Positions 28,100 to 36,855 of a stretch of 64,000 bases of DNA are shown here, piece by piece. Source of the DNA: an uncultured virus (IMG/VR IMGVR_UViG_3300021962_006841) (lineage: Duplodnaviria; Heunggongvirae; Uroviricota; Caudoviricetes); IMG/VR virus record IMGVR_UViG_3300021962_006841; one strand, written 5' to 3'. How positions within the stretch are numbered: the first letter of the stretch is position 1; each line of letters starts with the position of its first letter. The translations under genes and the position numbers were made by a program. Under the pieces are notes generated by a model, which worked only from the letters and a program-made list of their open reading frames with translations, did not search any database and was not told where the DNA came from.

Positions 28100-29142
28100 T
28101 GTACTTTCTTCCATTTTTGTAGTTCTAATAATGCTTCCATGCCTTTCTTGGCATTTCGATATACTATACCAGAAATCTCTTCTTGGCTCAACCCATTTAG
28201 GACCATATCATTAACATCTTTATGTTGAATGTTACTTGGCCAAAAAGTCACTCTGTATCCTTTATCTATCATCTTTTTCATACGCTTGACAGTATCCACG
28301 TTACGTGGTTCATTATCAAAGCAGAAAATAAGTTTGCTATCCAATCCCAACTTCTCCACATCCCCATTGTCACCGCCAGCCATAGCAATGGCATTAGGTA
28401 GGAACAATGAATCGATAGGACCTTCTACAACTATAACATCTTGGTTGATATCAAGAGTATCTAATCCAAATACTCTTGGCTTACTTTCATCCAAAACGAT
28501 GGTTATGTATCTAATCTTGTCATTGGACAATGCTCTACCTTGATAACCAAACAATGTACCTTCACGGTCTATCAATGGTATCAGCAATCGACCACTATCA
28601 ATATCAGTGTTCTCAAACTTACCAGGAATCAACCTATTGGTAAACTCTTTGAACTTAGGACAGTAGTAGAGCATATAGTGCTTATTGGAAGGGATCTGCC
28701 TACTGACCACATACTTCTTGGCAATATGGTCTGGTTGTAGTTGGGAGACCTTCTTTAGCTCTTTCAATGGCTCAAACTTCTCAAATCTCCTCTTAGCAAA
28801 CTTTGACATATCCGGCTGGAATACATTCGCAGAAACTGTGGAGGTAACGGCTTGCGTTGCTCTCTCCTTATATTTCTCGAGAACATATTCCTTATGTAGT
28901 ACTGGGTCGACAAATTTAAGAGCATTGTCGAAGCTCGTAGAAGTGCCACAATTGTGGCAATGGTAGACCACATATCCCTTATTATTTTCTAAGAGATATC
29001 CTCTTGTCTTATATTTATTGTTCTTAGAGTCGCCGCAGTACACGCAGCGAAAGTTAGCCTGGAACGGCTTCTGCTTTTTTACCTTATACCGGGGGAACTT
29101 GCTCGAGGCAAGGTTAGCGTACTTAATATCAATCCAAAGCAT
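28096..29142 (-). CDS. gp61: DNA primase (T4 gp61)
   Basis: NFRCVYCGDS...YHCHNCG zinc finger, GYQGR, VEGPIDSLFL, DNEPRN, KDVNDM. Confidence 0.95.
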   Translation of the reverse strand: MLWIDIKYANLASSKFPRYKVKKQKPFQANFRCVYCGDSKNNKYKTRGYLLENNKGYVVYHCHNCGTSTSFDNALKFVDPVLHKEYVLEKYKERATQAVTSTVSANVFQPDMSKFAKRRFEKFEPLKELKKVSQLQPDHIAKKYVVSRQIPSNKHYMLYYCPKFKEFTNRLIPGKFENTDIDSGRLLIPLIDREGTLFGYQGRALSNDKIRYITIVLDESKPRVFGLDTLDINQDVIVVEGPIDSLFLPNAIAMAGGDNGDVEKLGLDSKLIFCFDNEPRNVDTVKRMKKMIDKGYRVTFWPSNIQHKDVNDMVLNGLSQEEISGIVYRNAKKGMEALLELQKWKKVQ

Positions 29143-29174
29143 CTTATGACCCTAATCAGAATGGCGACACGCTG

Positions 29175-29203
29175 ATTATACAGAGAGAGGGCTAGAAGGT
29201 CAA
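29175..29203 (-). promoter_or_regulatory. sigma70-type promoter for primase/nrd operon
   Basis: TTGACC-17-TATAAT. Confidence 0.75.
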
Positions 29204-29395
29204 CTATTTCCTTTTGCTATGCATATTGATGAACCAATGTGCAAGCTGCTTCTGTCTTGGGGATGCGGTCTTGGACGATCTAACTTTCTTTAGTTGGGAG
29301 ATTGACTTTCCCTTTAGACCGTGACGCGCCATATCACCCTTATCTTGAGGGTTACGGCCATCCATAAAGTTTTCTAGGAATTGCTTGAATCTCAT
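29204..29395 (-). CDS. small basic protein with capsid-targeting-like N-terminus
   Basis: MRFKQFLE then NFMDGRNPQDKGD...QLAHWFINM. Confidence 0.65.
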   Translation of the reverse strand: MRFKQFLENFMDGRNPQDKGDMARHGLKGKSISQLKKVRSSKTASPRQKQLAHWFINMHSKRK

Positions 29396-29571
29396 ACAAC
29401 TATGTGAATTCGCTCTTGTTGTTCTCTGAATCGTTCTATTTGGCGTTTGACTTCTTCTGGGGAGGTAGCTAGTAAGCTATTGTCAGATGGCTCTACTCTA
29501 GCTTGCTCTCTTCTTAGTTCAATATACTTTTCCCACATTGCTGCATTATAAATTGCATCAACAGGGGTCAC
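29392..29571 (-). CDS. hypothetical protein
   Basis: GTG start overlaps the upstream TGA; stop overlaps the next ATG. Confidence 0.45.
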   Translation of the reverse strand: MTPVDAIYNAAMWEKYIELRREQARVEPSDNSLLATSPEEVKRQIERFREQQERIHIVV

Positions 29572-29912
29572 TTTCCCAGCAGAGTTTTGGAAAACGTTGA
29601 TACTACCCAGGCGACCAGTGCGGCTGCCCCTACTACGATCCAACGCCATTTGTTCAGGTCCTCAATCTTTTGTCTTTCGATAACATGCTGCTTGGCCATA
29701 TCATCTCTGAGAGCTTTAATCTCTTCCATGATATTGTCTTGCAACTTTGCCATAGTCTCGTTGATTTCTTTTCTGTCTTCAACTTGACGTTCATCTAACT
29801 TATCAAGTGTTCTATCAAACTTTTCGTAGATTACAGAAAAGAAGCTGACCTTCTCTTTCATGGCTGCTACATCCATTTCAATTTTTGAAAGCCTTGACTC
29901 AAAGTCAACCAT
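29568..29912 (-). CDS. coiled-coil protein with C-terminal TM (holin/XhlA-like)
   Basis: Coiled coil followed by KWRWIVVGAAALVAWVV; AGGAG SD. Confidence 0.7.
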   Translation of the reverse strand: MVDFESRLSKIEMDVAAMKEKVSFFSVIYEKFDRTLDKLDERQVEDRKEINETMAKLQDNIMEEIKALRDDMAKQHVIERQKIEDLNKWRWIVVGAAALVAWVVSTFSKTLLGK

Positions 29913-29939
29913 GTTTGCTTCTCCTACGAGTATGTAGGA

Positions 29940-30224
29940 TTATTTATTAGTCTTGTGATTTTCCATCAAAATTGCAAGCTCTCTATCTGACAATCTGCTA
30001 TAGATGCTTGGTTCTTCATACTTCTTTTCAATAATGCCGTACATGTGTTTTAACATATAGGCTCTGGTTGCATTATCGCCTATTCTTTCTTTGCAAAGTT
30101 CATCGCTTGCTTTTGTTTTCCACACATTTGGTAGCAATCCATGAACAAATAAAACAAAAGCATACTTCCATGCATATAATAAATGTTCAAAATAGCTACG
30201 GCCTACTTCATTTAGGTGAGACAT
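29940..30224 (-). CDS. hypothetical protein
   Basis: MSHLNEVGRSYFEHL..AW...VHGLLP motif. Confidence 0.6.
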   Translation of the reverse strand: MSHLNEVGRSYFEHLLYAWKYAFVLFVHGLLPNVWKTKASDELCKERIGDNATRAYMLKHMYGIIEKKYEEPSIYSRLSDRELAILMENHKTNK

Positions 30225-30399
30225 CTTTTGCACCCTCTTGTGGTGGTTGAGCTGGCTTTTCAATTGTTTTTAGTTCCTGAGGTGGCTTCATTAGCTCCTC
30301 AGGTAGATTAACTTTTTCAAGTTTTGGTAAAAGTCTTGTTAATCCTTTACCACAACCAGCCAACATCAAAGACATAAAAATTACTAGAAGGTACTTCAT
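30208..30399 (-). CDS. o-spanin-like lipoprotein
   Basis: Lipobox LAGC; Pro-rich LPEELMKPPQEL; directly follows the i-spanin candidate. Confidence 0.7.
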   Translation of the reverse strand: MKYLLVIFMSLMLAGCGKGLTRLLPKLEKVNLPEELMKPPQELKTIEKPAQPPQEGAKDVSPK

Positions 30400-30956
30400 T
30401 GCTGGCCCCCCTTCTTCCATGGCAAGTCTGGTAGTTTAATATCAATTCCACGCTTCTTATTTTCCTCGTCAATTTTTTCATTGACTTGGATTAAATATTT
30501 TTGTAGAGATGTTAGCTGCTGAGCATTTTGTAAACAAATAGAATAATTTTCTACAACTGTTTGAAGAGCAACATTGTCTTTAACAAAAGAACTTGTGCCA
30601 TCAGCAGCTAAATTTAAATCGAGATCAATTTTAGGAGAAGCTGCAGCGTTGTGTGCGTGTAACCAACCATTAGACATATCATACTGTCCAGGGACTGTCT
30701 CAGCTGCTGCCTGTACAATTTTAGTTTCTTTTTCTTTAATTTTTGTAACTCTGTCAACGTATTCTACCTTGACTACTTCGCGAATCATTGCTTGTTCTTT
30801 TTCGAGAGCTAACTTGAGATCTTCAGCCTCGTTAGCAACACGCTGAATTTCTAGCTCTCCAGCCTCACCGCCTTTCTTATAGCCAGCAGCAAATGCGCCA
30901 CCTACAATCATTGCAAACAATAAAATTCTATATGGTAATGGTATAATACTTAACAT
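30396..30956 (-). CDS. i-spanin-like membrane protein
   Basis: N-terminal TM, coiled coil, VVENYSIC..NAQQL..LQ. Confidence 0.7.
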   Translation of the reverse strand: MLSIIPLPYRILLFAMIVGGAFAAGYKKGGEAGELEIQRVANEAEDLKLALEKEQAMIREVVKVEYVDRVTKIKEKETKIVQAAAETVPGQYDMSNGWLHAHNAAASPKIDLDLNLAADGTSSFVKDNVALQTVVENYSICLQNAQQLTSLQKYLIQVNEKIDEENKKRGIDIKLPDLPWKKGGQQ

Positions 30957-30964
30957 AGGTTACC

Positions 30965-31381
30965 TCATTCACACCATGACTTTTTGGCTTCTCCAAAGTA
31001 TGGTCTTGCTAGATTCTTTTTGATTAATTCTTCACTTAGCTTTTTGCCATCAATGATTACATCACCCAAAACTCGGCCACCAAACTTATCCCATTCTTTA
31101 ATTTCAATCTGAACTTTTTTGGCTTCGTTGACAGCTTTCTTTGTAAATTCTGTTGCAGCTAATCCTGCTGCAGCTTCTTTATCACATTTGGCTCTTGGAG
31201 CCTTCTCAGGTGTATCAACACCAAGGACTCTGATCTTTAACTTATCACCAAGTTCAGGGGGAAGGAACTTGGCTTCAAATTCTACTGTATCACCATCAAG
31301 GACTCTTGTTACTTTCCAATCATAAGGATTGGCTAGAGCTGTTGTTGGGATTAAGGCTAGTACAAATAAAAACTTTTTCAT
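30965..31381 (-). CDS. secreted thermonuclease (SNase family)
   Basis: Signal peptide, RVLDGDT, IRVLGVDTPE, DKFGGRVLG. Confidence 0.9.
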   Translation of the reverse strand: MKKFLFVLALIPTTALANPYDWKVTRVLDGDTVEFEAKFLPPELGDKLKIRVLGVDTPEKAPRAKCDKEAAAGLAATEFTKKAVNEAKKVQIEIKEWDKFGGRVLGDVIIDGKKLSEELIKKNLARPYFGEAKKSWCE

Positions 31382-31391
31382 GGGTCACCTC

Positions 31392-31421
31392 AAAAAGTTG
31401 GGGCGAGGATTCCCTCGCCCC
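31392..31421 (-). terminator. intrinsic terminator
   Basis: Minus strand GGGGCGAGG-GAAT-CCTCGCCCC then AACTTTTT. Confidence 0.8.
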
Positions 31422-31434
31422 ATTCACAGTATTA

Positions 31435-31638
31435 TTACTCTACTGCTGGTGCTTCGGCTGCTGGAGCCTCGGCTGGTGCAGCTGCATCTGCTGGCACGCC
31501 ACCAACTTCTGCTGGGGCTGCTTCGGCAGCTGGAGCCTCGGCGGCTGGAGCTGCTTCTTCAACTACAACGGCCTCTTCCTTGGCGGCGCATGCAGTTAGG
31601 GCTAGTGCTAGAACAGACAATGCAATAAACTTCTTCAT
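31435..31638 (-). CDS. Ala/Pro/Glu-rich lipoprotein
   Basis: Lipobox LTAC, AEAPA repeats, AGGAG SD. Confidence 0.8.
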   Translation of the reverse strand: MKKFIALSVLALALTACAAKEEAVVVEEAAPAAEAPAAEAAPAEVGGVPADAAAPAEAPAAEAPAVE

Positions 31639-31661
31639 TTAATATACTCCTTGTTTAAAAA

Positions 31662-31886
31662 TTACTTCTTGGCAAACTTTTCTGCTACAGTTGTACCAAG
31701 ACCTGCTACGACAATCATCATCATTGAGTCATACATGTTAGCATCAACATCTAAATCCCAGAATAGATTTAGCACGAATGCTAAAGCTACTAGGAATGTT
31801 GCCATAATTGTAATAACTCTCTTTGAAGAGATTGATCCATCTACACCATCTGATATCATTGACTTTAAATTTGCTAGGATACTCAT
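31662..31886 (-). CDS. small 2-TM holin-like protein
   Basis: SSKRVIT...two TMs...AGLGTTVAEKF. Confidence 0.7.
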   Translation of the reverse strand: MSILANLKSMISDGVDGSISSKRVITIMATFLVALAFVLNLFWDLDVDANMYDSMMMIVVAGLGTTVAEKFAKK

Positions 31887-31896
31887 ACTTGTCTCC

Positions 31897-32067
31897 TTAT
31901 AGACTTGTTATAATGGTATGAATAATAACAAACGCCGGCAACACTATCAGAAAGGTATAATATAAAATCTTTTCTACTTTACCTGATTTGTTCTCGATTG
32001 GACAACTATCACAACAACATTTATGGTCGCCCTTGGACCCTAATCTCGTACGTAATTGAGTAATCAT
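31897..32067 (-). CDS. hypothetical small membrane protein (start uncertain)
   Basis: Cys cluster and C-terminal TM. Confidence 0.35.
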   Translation of the reverse strand: MITQLRTRLGSKGDHKCCCDSCPIENKSGKVEKILYYTFLIVLPAFVIIHTIITSL

Positions 32068-32191
32068 TCTTCTTGACCAAATTAGATATATGCTCAGCAT
32101 ACCTACGGTTATAAGTTACTAAAAGTATTTTGCCCTTATTAGCAACGATATATCGTTTTTCACAAAGAGGTATGTTTAAGGTTTCCATCAT
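32021..32191 (-). CDS. hypothetical protein immediately after late promoter (not in ORF track)
   Basis: MMETLNIPLCEKRYIVANKGKILLVTYNRRYAEHI..., 56 aa. Confidence 0.4.
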   Translation of the reverse strand: MMETLNIPLCEKRYIVANKGKILLVTYNRRYAEHISNLVKKNDYSITYEIRVQGRP

Positions 32192-32199
32192 TATTTATA
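32192..32199 (-). promoter_or_regulatory. T4-type late promoter
   Basis: TATAAATA. Confidence 0.6.
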
Positions 32200-32209
32200 T
32201 AGTCAATAT

Positions 32210-32749
32210 CTACTTTGCCAGAGGGTTTTCCCAAGCTTTTTGAATCTTCTCATCAACCTTCTTTTCTAACTCTTTTAGCTTTTGGTCTGTTTCACGCTCA
32301 ATTGCTCTCAAACGAGCTGACATATCGCGGTCAGTTACACCAACAAATCCACGAACCTCTTTATCTAGCTCACGATTGCGTCTTTCAGCAGCATCTACAT
32401 CTGCTTGCAGGCTATCAATGTCACCCTTTAGGTCGGCTCTAACATCACGAATAATATCACCGCTTTCGTCAACCATAACTACAGCATTATCAACACGCTC
32501 TTCCATTTTAGTAATACGTTCTTGAATAGCTGATAGGTCTGGAGCAACATACTCCTGAATCTGTTGCTTCATATCCATGTAATCTTTATAGAACTCAAAT
32601 GCGCCATAAAGACCACCTAATACTGTAGACACGATACCACCAGCAATCATAAGTTTTGCTGGAGTGAAACTATATCCACCAATGCTAATTACAGTATTTG
32701 GGTCAACAGCAGCTTCTAACTTATCGACCTTTTCGTCTAAATCGCTCAT
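32210..32749 (-). CDS. membrane-anchored coiled-coil protein
   Basis: TM STVLGGLYGAFEFYKDY, then a long coiled coil ending ENPLAK. Confidence 0.75.
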   Translation of the reverse strand: MSDLDEKVDKLEAAVDPNTVISIGGYSFTPAKLMIAGGIVSTVLGGLYGAFEFYKDYMDMKQQIQEYVAPDLSAIQERITKMEERVDNAVVMVDESGDIIRDVRADLKGDIDSLQADVDAAERRNRELDKEVRGFVGVTDRDMSARLRAIERETDQKLKELEKKVDEKIQKAWENPLAK

Positions 32750-32773
32750 TTGTATTGCTCCTTGTTTTATACT

Positions 32774-33217
32774 TTATCTAGTTATCAGATAAACAAATCC
32801 AAATAATCCACCAGCAAACATAACAAATAAAATTCCTATACAGATCATCAGCGTAATTTCTTCTTGCCTTTGCGCGGCCTCAATTTCAGCGCGTCGTCTT
32901 GCTTGCGCTGCTGCTAATTCCATCTGCGCATGCATTTTCTGAAACTTCACCCAATCATCCCATAATCCAGGGCGCCCAGCAATCAGCATATAGTCTTTAA
33001 GTTCTCTTTCTTTTCTTCGTACTTCTTCTAATGCAAAAAATTCTTCTAGTCGGCTACGCTCATTTGCAGGTGTTTCAACAACTTTCTTTTCTAACTTTCG
33101 TTTACCTTCAAAGAAACTTCCTAGTTGACTGGCGCACTCGCCAAGCTCTCTACCGTTACTCACCACTTCTTTGATGACAACATATGCTGCATTGACTGCT
33201 GCTAGTTCTGCTAACAT
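32774..33217 (-). CDS. hypothetical protein with C-terminal TM
   Basis: MLAELAAVNAAY..IK...NGREL...GRPGLWDDW.KFQ. Confidence 0.7.
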   Translation of the reverse strand: MLAELAAVNAAYVVIKEVVSNGRELGECASQLGSFFEGKRKLEKKVVETPANERSRLEEFFALEEVRRKERELKDYMLIAGRPGLWDDWVKFQKMHAQMELAAAQARRRAEIEAAQRQEEITLMICIGILFVMFAGGLFGFVYLITR

Positions 33218-35379
33218 TACTTATACTGCTCCTCAACCATCTTTTTATAGGTGTCGGTATTTCCCTTTTCAAGGAAATATGCGCCACGGGCATTGTCCTT
33301 AATAATAACACCTTTGTAGATGTCTTCTGGTCTATAGAACGGTACATCTGGAATTCTTTGTGTTAGATATGAACTTACATCTGCATCTACTGCAATTGCT
33401 GATACAATGCCTGATTGATCAGCGTCCATATAATTTGCATTAATCGCATCTTGTTGCTCTTTATTAGCAGCAACTACCTGCTCTGCTCTAACTTCAGCAT
33501 CACTCTTTTCTTCTATTGGCTTGATAATTCCAAGGAATTCAAGACTCATAGCATTTGGTGCTTGGTTGAATGTGTTTGCCATTGCTAATGCTGGATCAAC
33601 CATTGCTGTTGTTACTTCTGCGTCTTTGCTTGATTCATCATCAAATGCGCTTTGTTCTGCTGTGGCACGACTGGCTTCTACAATTGCAAGTGCCTCGTCT
33701 GTTTCTGCAGCATCAACAACTGGACCACGAACAAATGATTCAGCAAGCATCTCGGCTTCTTGTTCAATCTGGCTTGTTGTTTCACTTGTTGTGAACTCAA
33801 CTGGTTGCCCCATATCTGTTTGCACTTCTGCGCCAGAATCAGCAACCATTGTTTCTTGTTGTGTTACATCTTCTAAATTAGTAACTGAAATGGTATCGGT
33901 AGATTGATTTGTTCCCGATGCTTCACTTGAGAATGCTGCAATTGATTCAGCTTCTCTGGAAGAATCATTAGAAGCAGCTTCACTTGCAGTTAATATTTCT
34001 GATAATGCTTGTTGACCTAATTGTCTACCAGTTTCTAGAATATCTAATCCAGTATCAGAAGCAGATGAACCGTCATCTTTTTGTTCTGTGGGGGCACTTG
34101 TAGCCGCTACTGTTTCAGTTGACTCAGCTGCACTTGATTGGTCATTAGATGATCTGGTTGTTGTTGTAGTAGTTGTTGAACTTTCTGCTGCAGGACCACC
34201 AGCAGCATTGGTATTTGATGAGCCAACTTCTGATGCAATTGTAAGGGCATTTTGTAGCACATCTTTTGAAATTGCATCAGCAAGAATCTGAGCCTTTTCT
34301 TCGTCAGTTAATTCTCTATAGGTTGCAACGACGGCTGGCTCTCCTAGATCTTCTGCATCTTCAACAAGTGAAATGTCTTCTTCATTTGTTTCTTCAGCAA
34401 GCATTTCTTCTAGGTCTGCATCAAGAAGTTCTTCTGTGGCTTCCTCATTAGCAACTAGGACTTCTTCTTCCTCAACATATTCAGATCCATCATCTGAACC
34501 ATCATCACTTCCATCGTCAATTGATTCTTCAAGTTCTTCTTGAGCTGCTTCCTGTTCTTCAATTGCAGCTAAAATTTCTTCTGGGTCTGTATAGTCAATC
34601 ACACCATCATCAATACCAATACTATCAATCACACAAGAAGGGTCGTATGGATTTGTAGTACAATCAGGTGCTAGTGGTGTATCTGGTGGCAATGGAACAA
34701 TCTCTGATGACTGTACAAAGTACGTTGTGTTTTGTAAAGATGATGGATTGTTGCCCCAATAAAATTGAGTGAATTCTGTGGCAGTGTCACCCTGAAAACC
34801 AGAGGTAAATGTTCTACCTGTTGCCATTGTATAATCAAACGAACCGTAATTTATAGAAAAACTACTATCAGCAAATAAACTAATTTCAAAATCAAATTTA
34901 TTTGGTGAACCTAATTCATCAACACCATACCAACCAACTACAAAAGAGTTTCCTGTAGACTTATAATATGGATTGCCTGGATTGTTAAAATCAGCAAGAT
35001 CACTCCACATAGCAAAAATGCTATTGTTTAAATTATAGTATGATTGATTAGATAAAAATGGCAGTTCATTACCGCTGCAGCAACCATTGGCATTGCTGGT
35101 AAAACTTATCAATCCATTTTGCGAGATATAAACTGAATCAAACAAACTGCCAAAATAGTAAAAATCAAATGGCAATTGAATTGGCTGGAAAGTAGAACCA
35201 TCATCATACAATGTTAATGGCGTACCACCAGATTGATTAATATTTTGTAATGGTGTTTGTGGTTGTGTAACAGTATATGTCTGTTCAACCGTAGGGTCAT
35301 AAGTTGTTATTGGGGGTGGCAAACCCTGCCCAAAGGCAGGAGCCACCGCCAATAGTAGTAGAGCGAGAAGCCGCTTCAT
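33217..35379 (-). CDS. large secreted acidic protein with NIDO-like N-terminal domain
   Basis: Signal peptide; LPFDFYYFG..FDSVYISQNGLISF...IFAMWSDL; long D/E/S/T-rich region. Confidence 0.75.
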   Translation of the reverse strand: MKRLLALLLLAVAPAFGQGLPPPITTYDPTVEQTYTVTQPQTPLQNINQSGGTPLTLYDDGSTFQPIQLPFDFYYFGSLFDSVYISQNGLISFTSNANGCCSGNELPFLSNQSYYNLNNSIFAMWSDLADFNNPGNPYYKSTGNSFVVGWYGVDELGSPNKFDFEISLFADSSFSINYGSFDYTMATGRTFTSGFQGDTATEFTQFYWGNNPSSLQNTTYFVQSSEIVPLPPDTPLAPDCTTNPYDPSCVIDSIGIDDGVIDYTDPEEILAAIEEQEAAQEELEESIDDGSDDGSDDGSEYVEEEEVLVANEEATEELLDADLEEMLAEETNEEDISLVEDAEDLGEPAVVATYRELTDEEKAQILADAISKDVLQNALTIASEVGSSNTNAAGGPAAESSTTTTTTTRSSNDQSSAAESTETVAATSAPTEQKDDGSSASDTGLDILETGRQLGQQALSEILTASEAASNDSSREAESIAAFSSEASGTNQSTDTISVTNLEDVTQQETMVADSGAEVQTDMGQPVEFTTSETTSQIEQEAEMLAESFVRGPVVDAAETDEALAIVEASRATAEQSAFDDESSKDAEVTTAMVDPALAMANTFNQAPNAMSLEFLGIIKPIEEKSDAEVRAEQVVAANKEQQDAINANYMDADQSGIVSAIAVDADVSSYLTQRIPDVPFYRPEDIYKGVIIKDNARGAYFLEKGNTDTYKKMVEEQYK

Positions 35380-36731
35380 TAGCCGCCTTCTGATGCTTCT
35401 GGAAGATCAGTTGACTTTTCTTGCTCGCCCTTTTCCCAAAACTTCCACCACTTCTTCTTGAAGTCAGGACGTTCTTCTTTATTGCCTGTCCACTGTTCAG
35501 TTGCTTCCTTACCAATCTTACCCATGTAAGGGCATGGTGTTCCAGCCATTTCCATAGCCTTGAACACACGCTCATCCTGACACATCATTGATACAGCAGC
35601 AACCTTCATACCCATGTCGTATAGAGTCTTAGATAACTTCAATCTTTCGCAATTCATATCGCGAACTGCTTTACCAGCAGAAAGACCAAAGACCTGAGTC
35701 TGAACGGCTCCAGAGACACCGCTTACGCAAACATCCTGACTATATGTTGAGATCATTGGAGCAATAGCAGAAGCAGGAGGTGCTTTGATTGTTGTTTCTG
35801 ACTTTGTAATATTCTCGTTTCTGTTAATATTTGTATTTGTGTTATCTGTCTTTACATTTGATTGGCTTGTGCTCTCAGACTTATTCACATTCTCGTTCTT
35901 GTTTACAGCAGTTGATGTGCTCACATTTACATTGTTATTATTATTTGTGGCAACAGAAGTACTGTCGTTCTTGTTCACATTTGTATTAGTTGAAGTGGAG
36001 ACATTATTATTGTTATTTGTGTTGGTAGATGTAGAGACATTGTTGTTATTGTTAGTATTTGTTGAATTAATATTCGTGTTGTTATTATTATTGTTATTAT
36101 AAGTCACCTCACCAGACAAATTGTTATTATTGTTATTTGTGTTTGTTGAGGTTGATGTGCTCACATTGACATTATTGTTATTATTGGTGTTATTAGATGT
36201 CGTTGTGTTCACATTGTTATTATTATTTGTGTTATTAGATGTCGTAGTGTTCACATTATTGTTGTTATTTGTCAAAGTACCAGATTGAATGTTGTTATTT
36301 GTATTCACATTCGTGTTCGTATTTGTACTGTTCACAACAGAATTGTTGTTATTATTATTCGTAGCAGTACTAGTAGAGGTATTGTTATTGTTGTAATTTA
36401 CTGTACCACTGTTAATGTTATTATTCGTGTTAACATTCGTATTGGTGTTCGTAGAAGTCGAAGTGTTTGTATTCACATTCGTGTTGGTATTATCAGAAGT
36501 CGAAGTAGAAGTATTCGTATTCTGATTAATGTTCGTTGCAGTACCAGATTGAATGTTATTATTTGTATTCACATTCGTGTTGGTATTGTCCGATGTCGAT
36601 GTGGAGGTCGAAGTCGAATTTGTTGTCGTATTGACATCGGAGGTCGTATTGACCGTAGAAACTGTTGTAGTTTGACCGTAGGCTTGGACTGCGCCTACCG
36701 CGAATAGTAGCGCAAGAAATAACTTCTTCAT
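35379..36731 (-). CDS. secreted Asn/Thr-repeat protein with Cys-containing C-terminal domain
   Basis: Signal peptide MKKLFLALL, about 290 aa N/T/S/V repeats, then CVSGVSGAVQTQ...NCERLKLSKTLYDMGMKVAAVS.MCQD...AGTPCP. Confidence 0.8.
   Translation of the reverse strand: MKKLFLALLFAVGAVQAYGQTTTVSTVNTTSDVNTTTNSTSTSTSTSDNTNTNVNTNNNIQSGTATNINQNTNTSTSTSDNTNTNVNTNTSTSTNTNTNVNTNNNINSGTVNYNNNNTSTSTATNNNNNNSVVNSTNTNTNVNTNNNIQSGTLTNNNNNVNTTTSNNTNNNNNVNTTTSNNTNNNNNVNVSTSTSTNTNNNNNNLSGEVTYNNNNNNNTNINSTNTNNNNNVSTSTNTNNNNNVSTSTNTNVNKNDSTSVATNNNNNVNVSTSTAVNKNENVNKSESTSQSNVKTDNTNTNINRNENITKSETTIKAPPASAIAPMISTYSQDVCVSGVSGAVQTQVFGLSAGKAVRDMNCERLKLSKTLYDMGMKVAAVSMMCQDERVFKAMEMAGTPCPYMGKIGKEATEQWTGNKEERPDFKKKWWKFWEKGEQEKSTDLPEASEGG
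35810..36640. repeat. low-complexity coding repeats
   Basis: NTNVNTNNNI(Q/N)SGT x3, NNNNNVNTTTSNNT x2, NNNNNVSTSTNTN x2. Confidence 0.85.
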
Positions 36732-36844
36732 TGTAGCTCCTGAATTTTGAGTTTGCATTGCAAAATCATTGTTGCCCAACACTAGGGGCAAAAAAATCAG
36801 GAGTTATATAATGACAGTCAAAATTCCATTGATTTATATAAACG

Positions 36845-36852
36845 TATTTATA
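36845..36852 (-). promoter_or_regulatory. T4-type late promoter
   Basis: TATAAATA upstream of the Asn-rich gene cassette. Confidence 0.65.
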
Positions 36853-36855
36853 ATA

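Noticed and set aside
35785..36707. Plus-strand hydrophobic ORFs, or a CRISPR-like repeat
   Set aside because: These are antisense shadows of the Asn/Thr coding repeats; there is no constant repeat with unique spacers.
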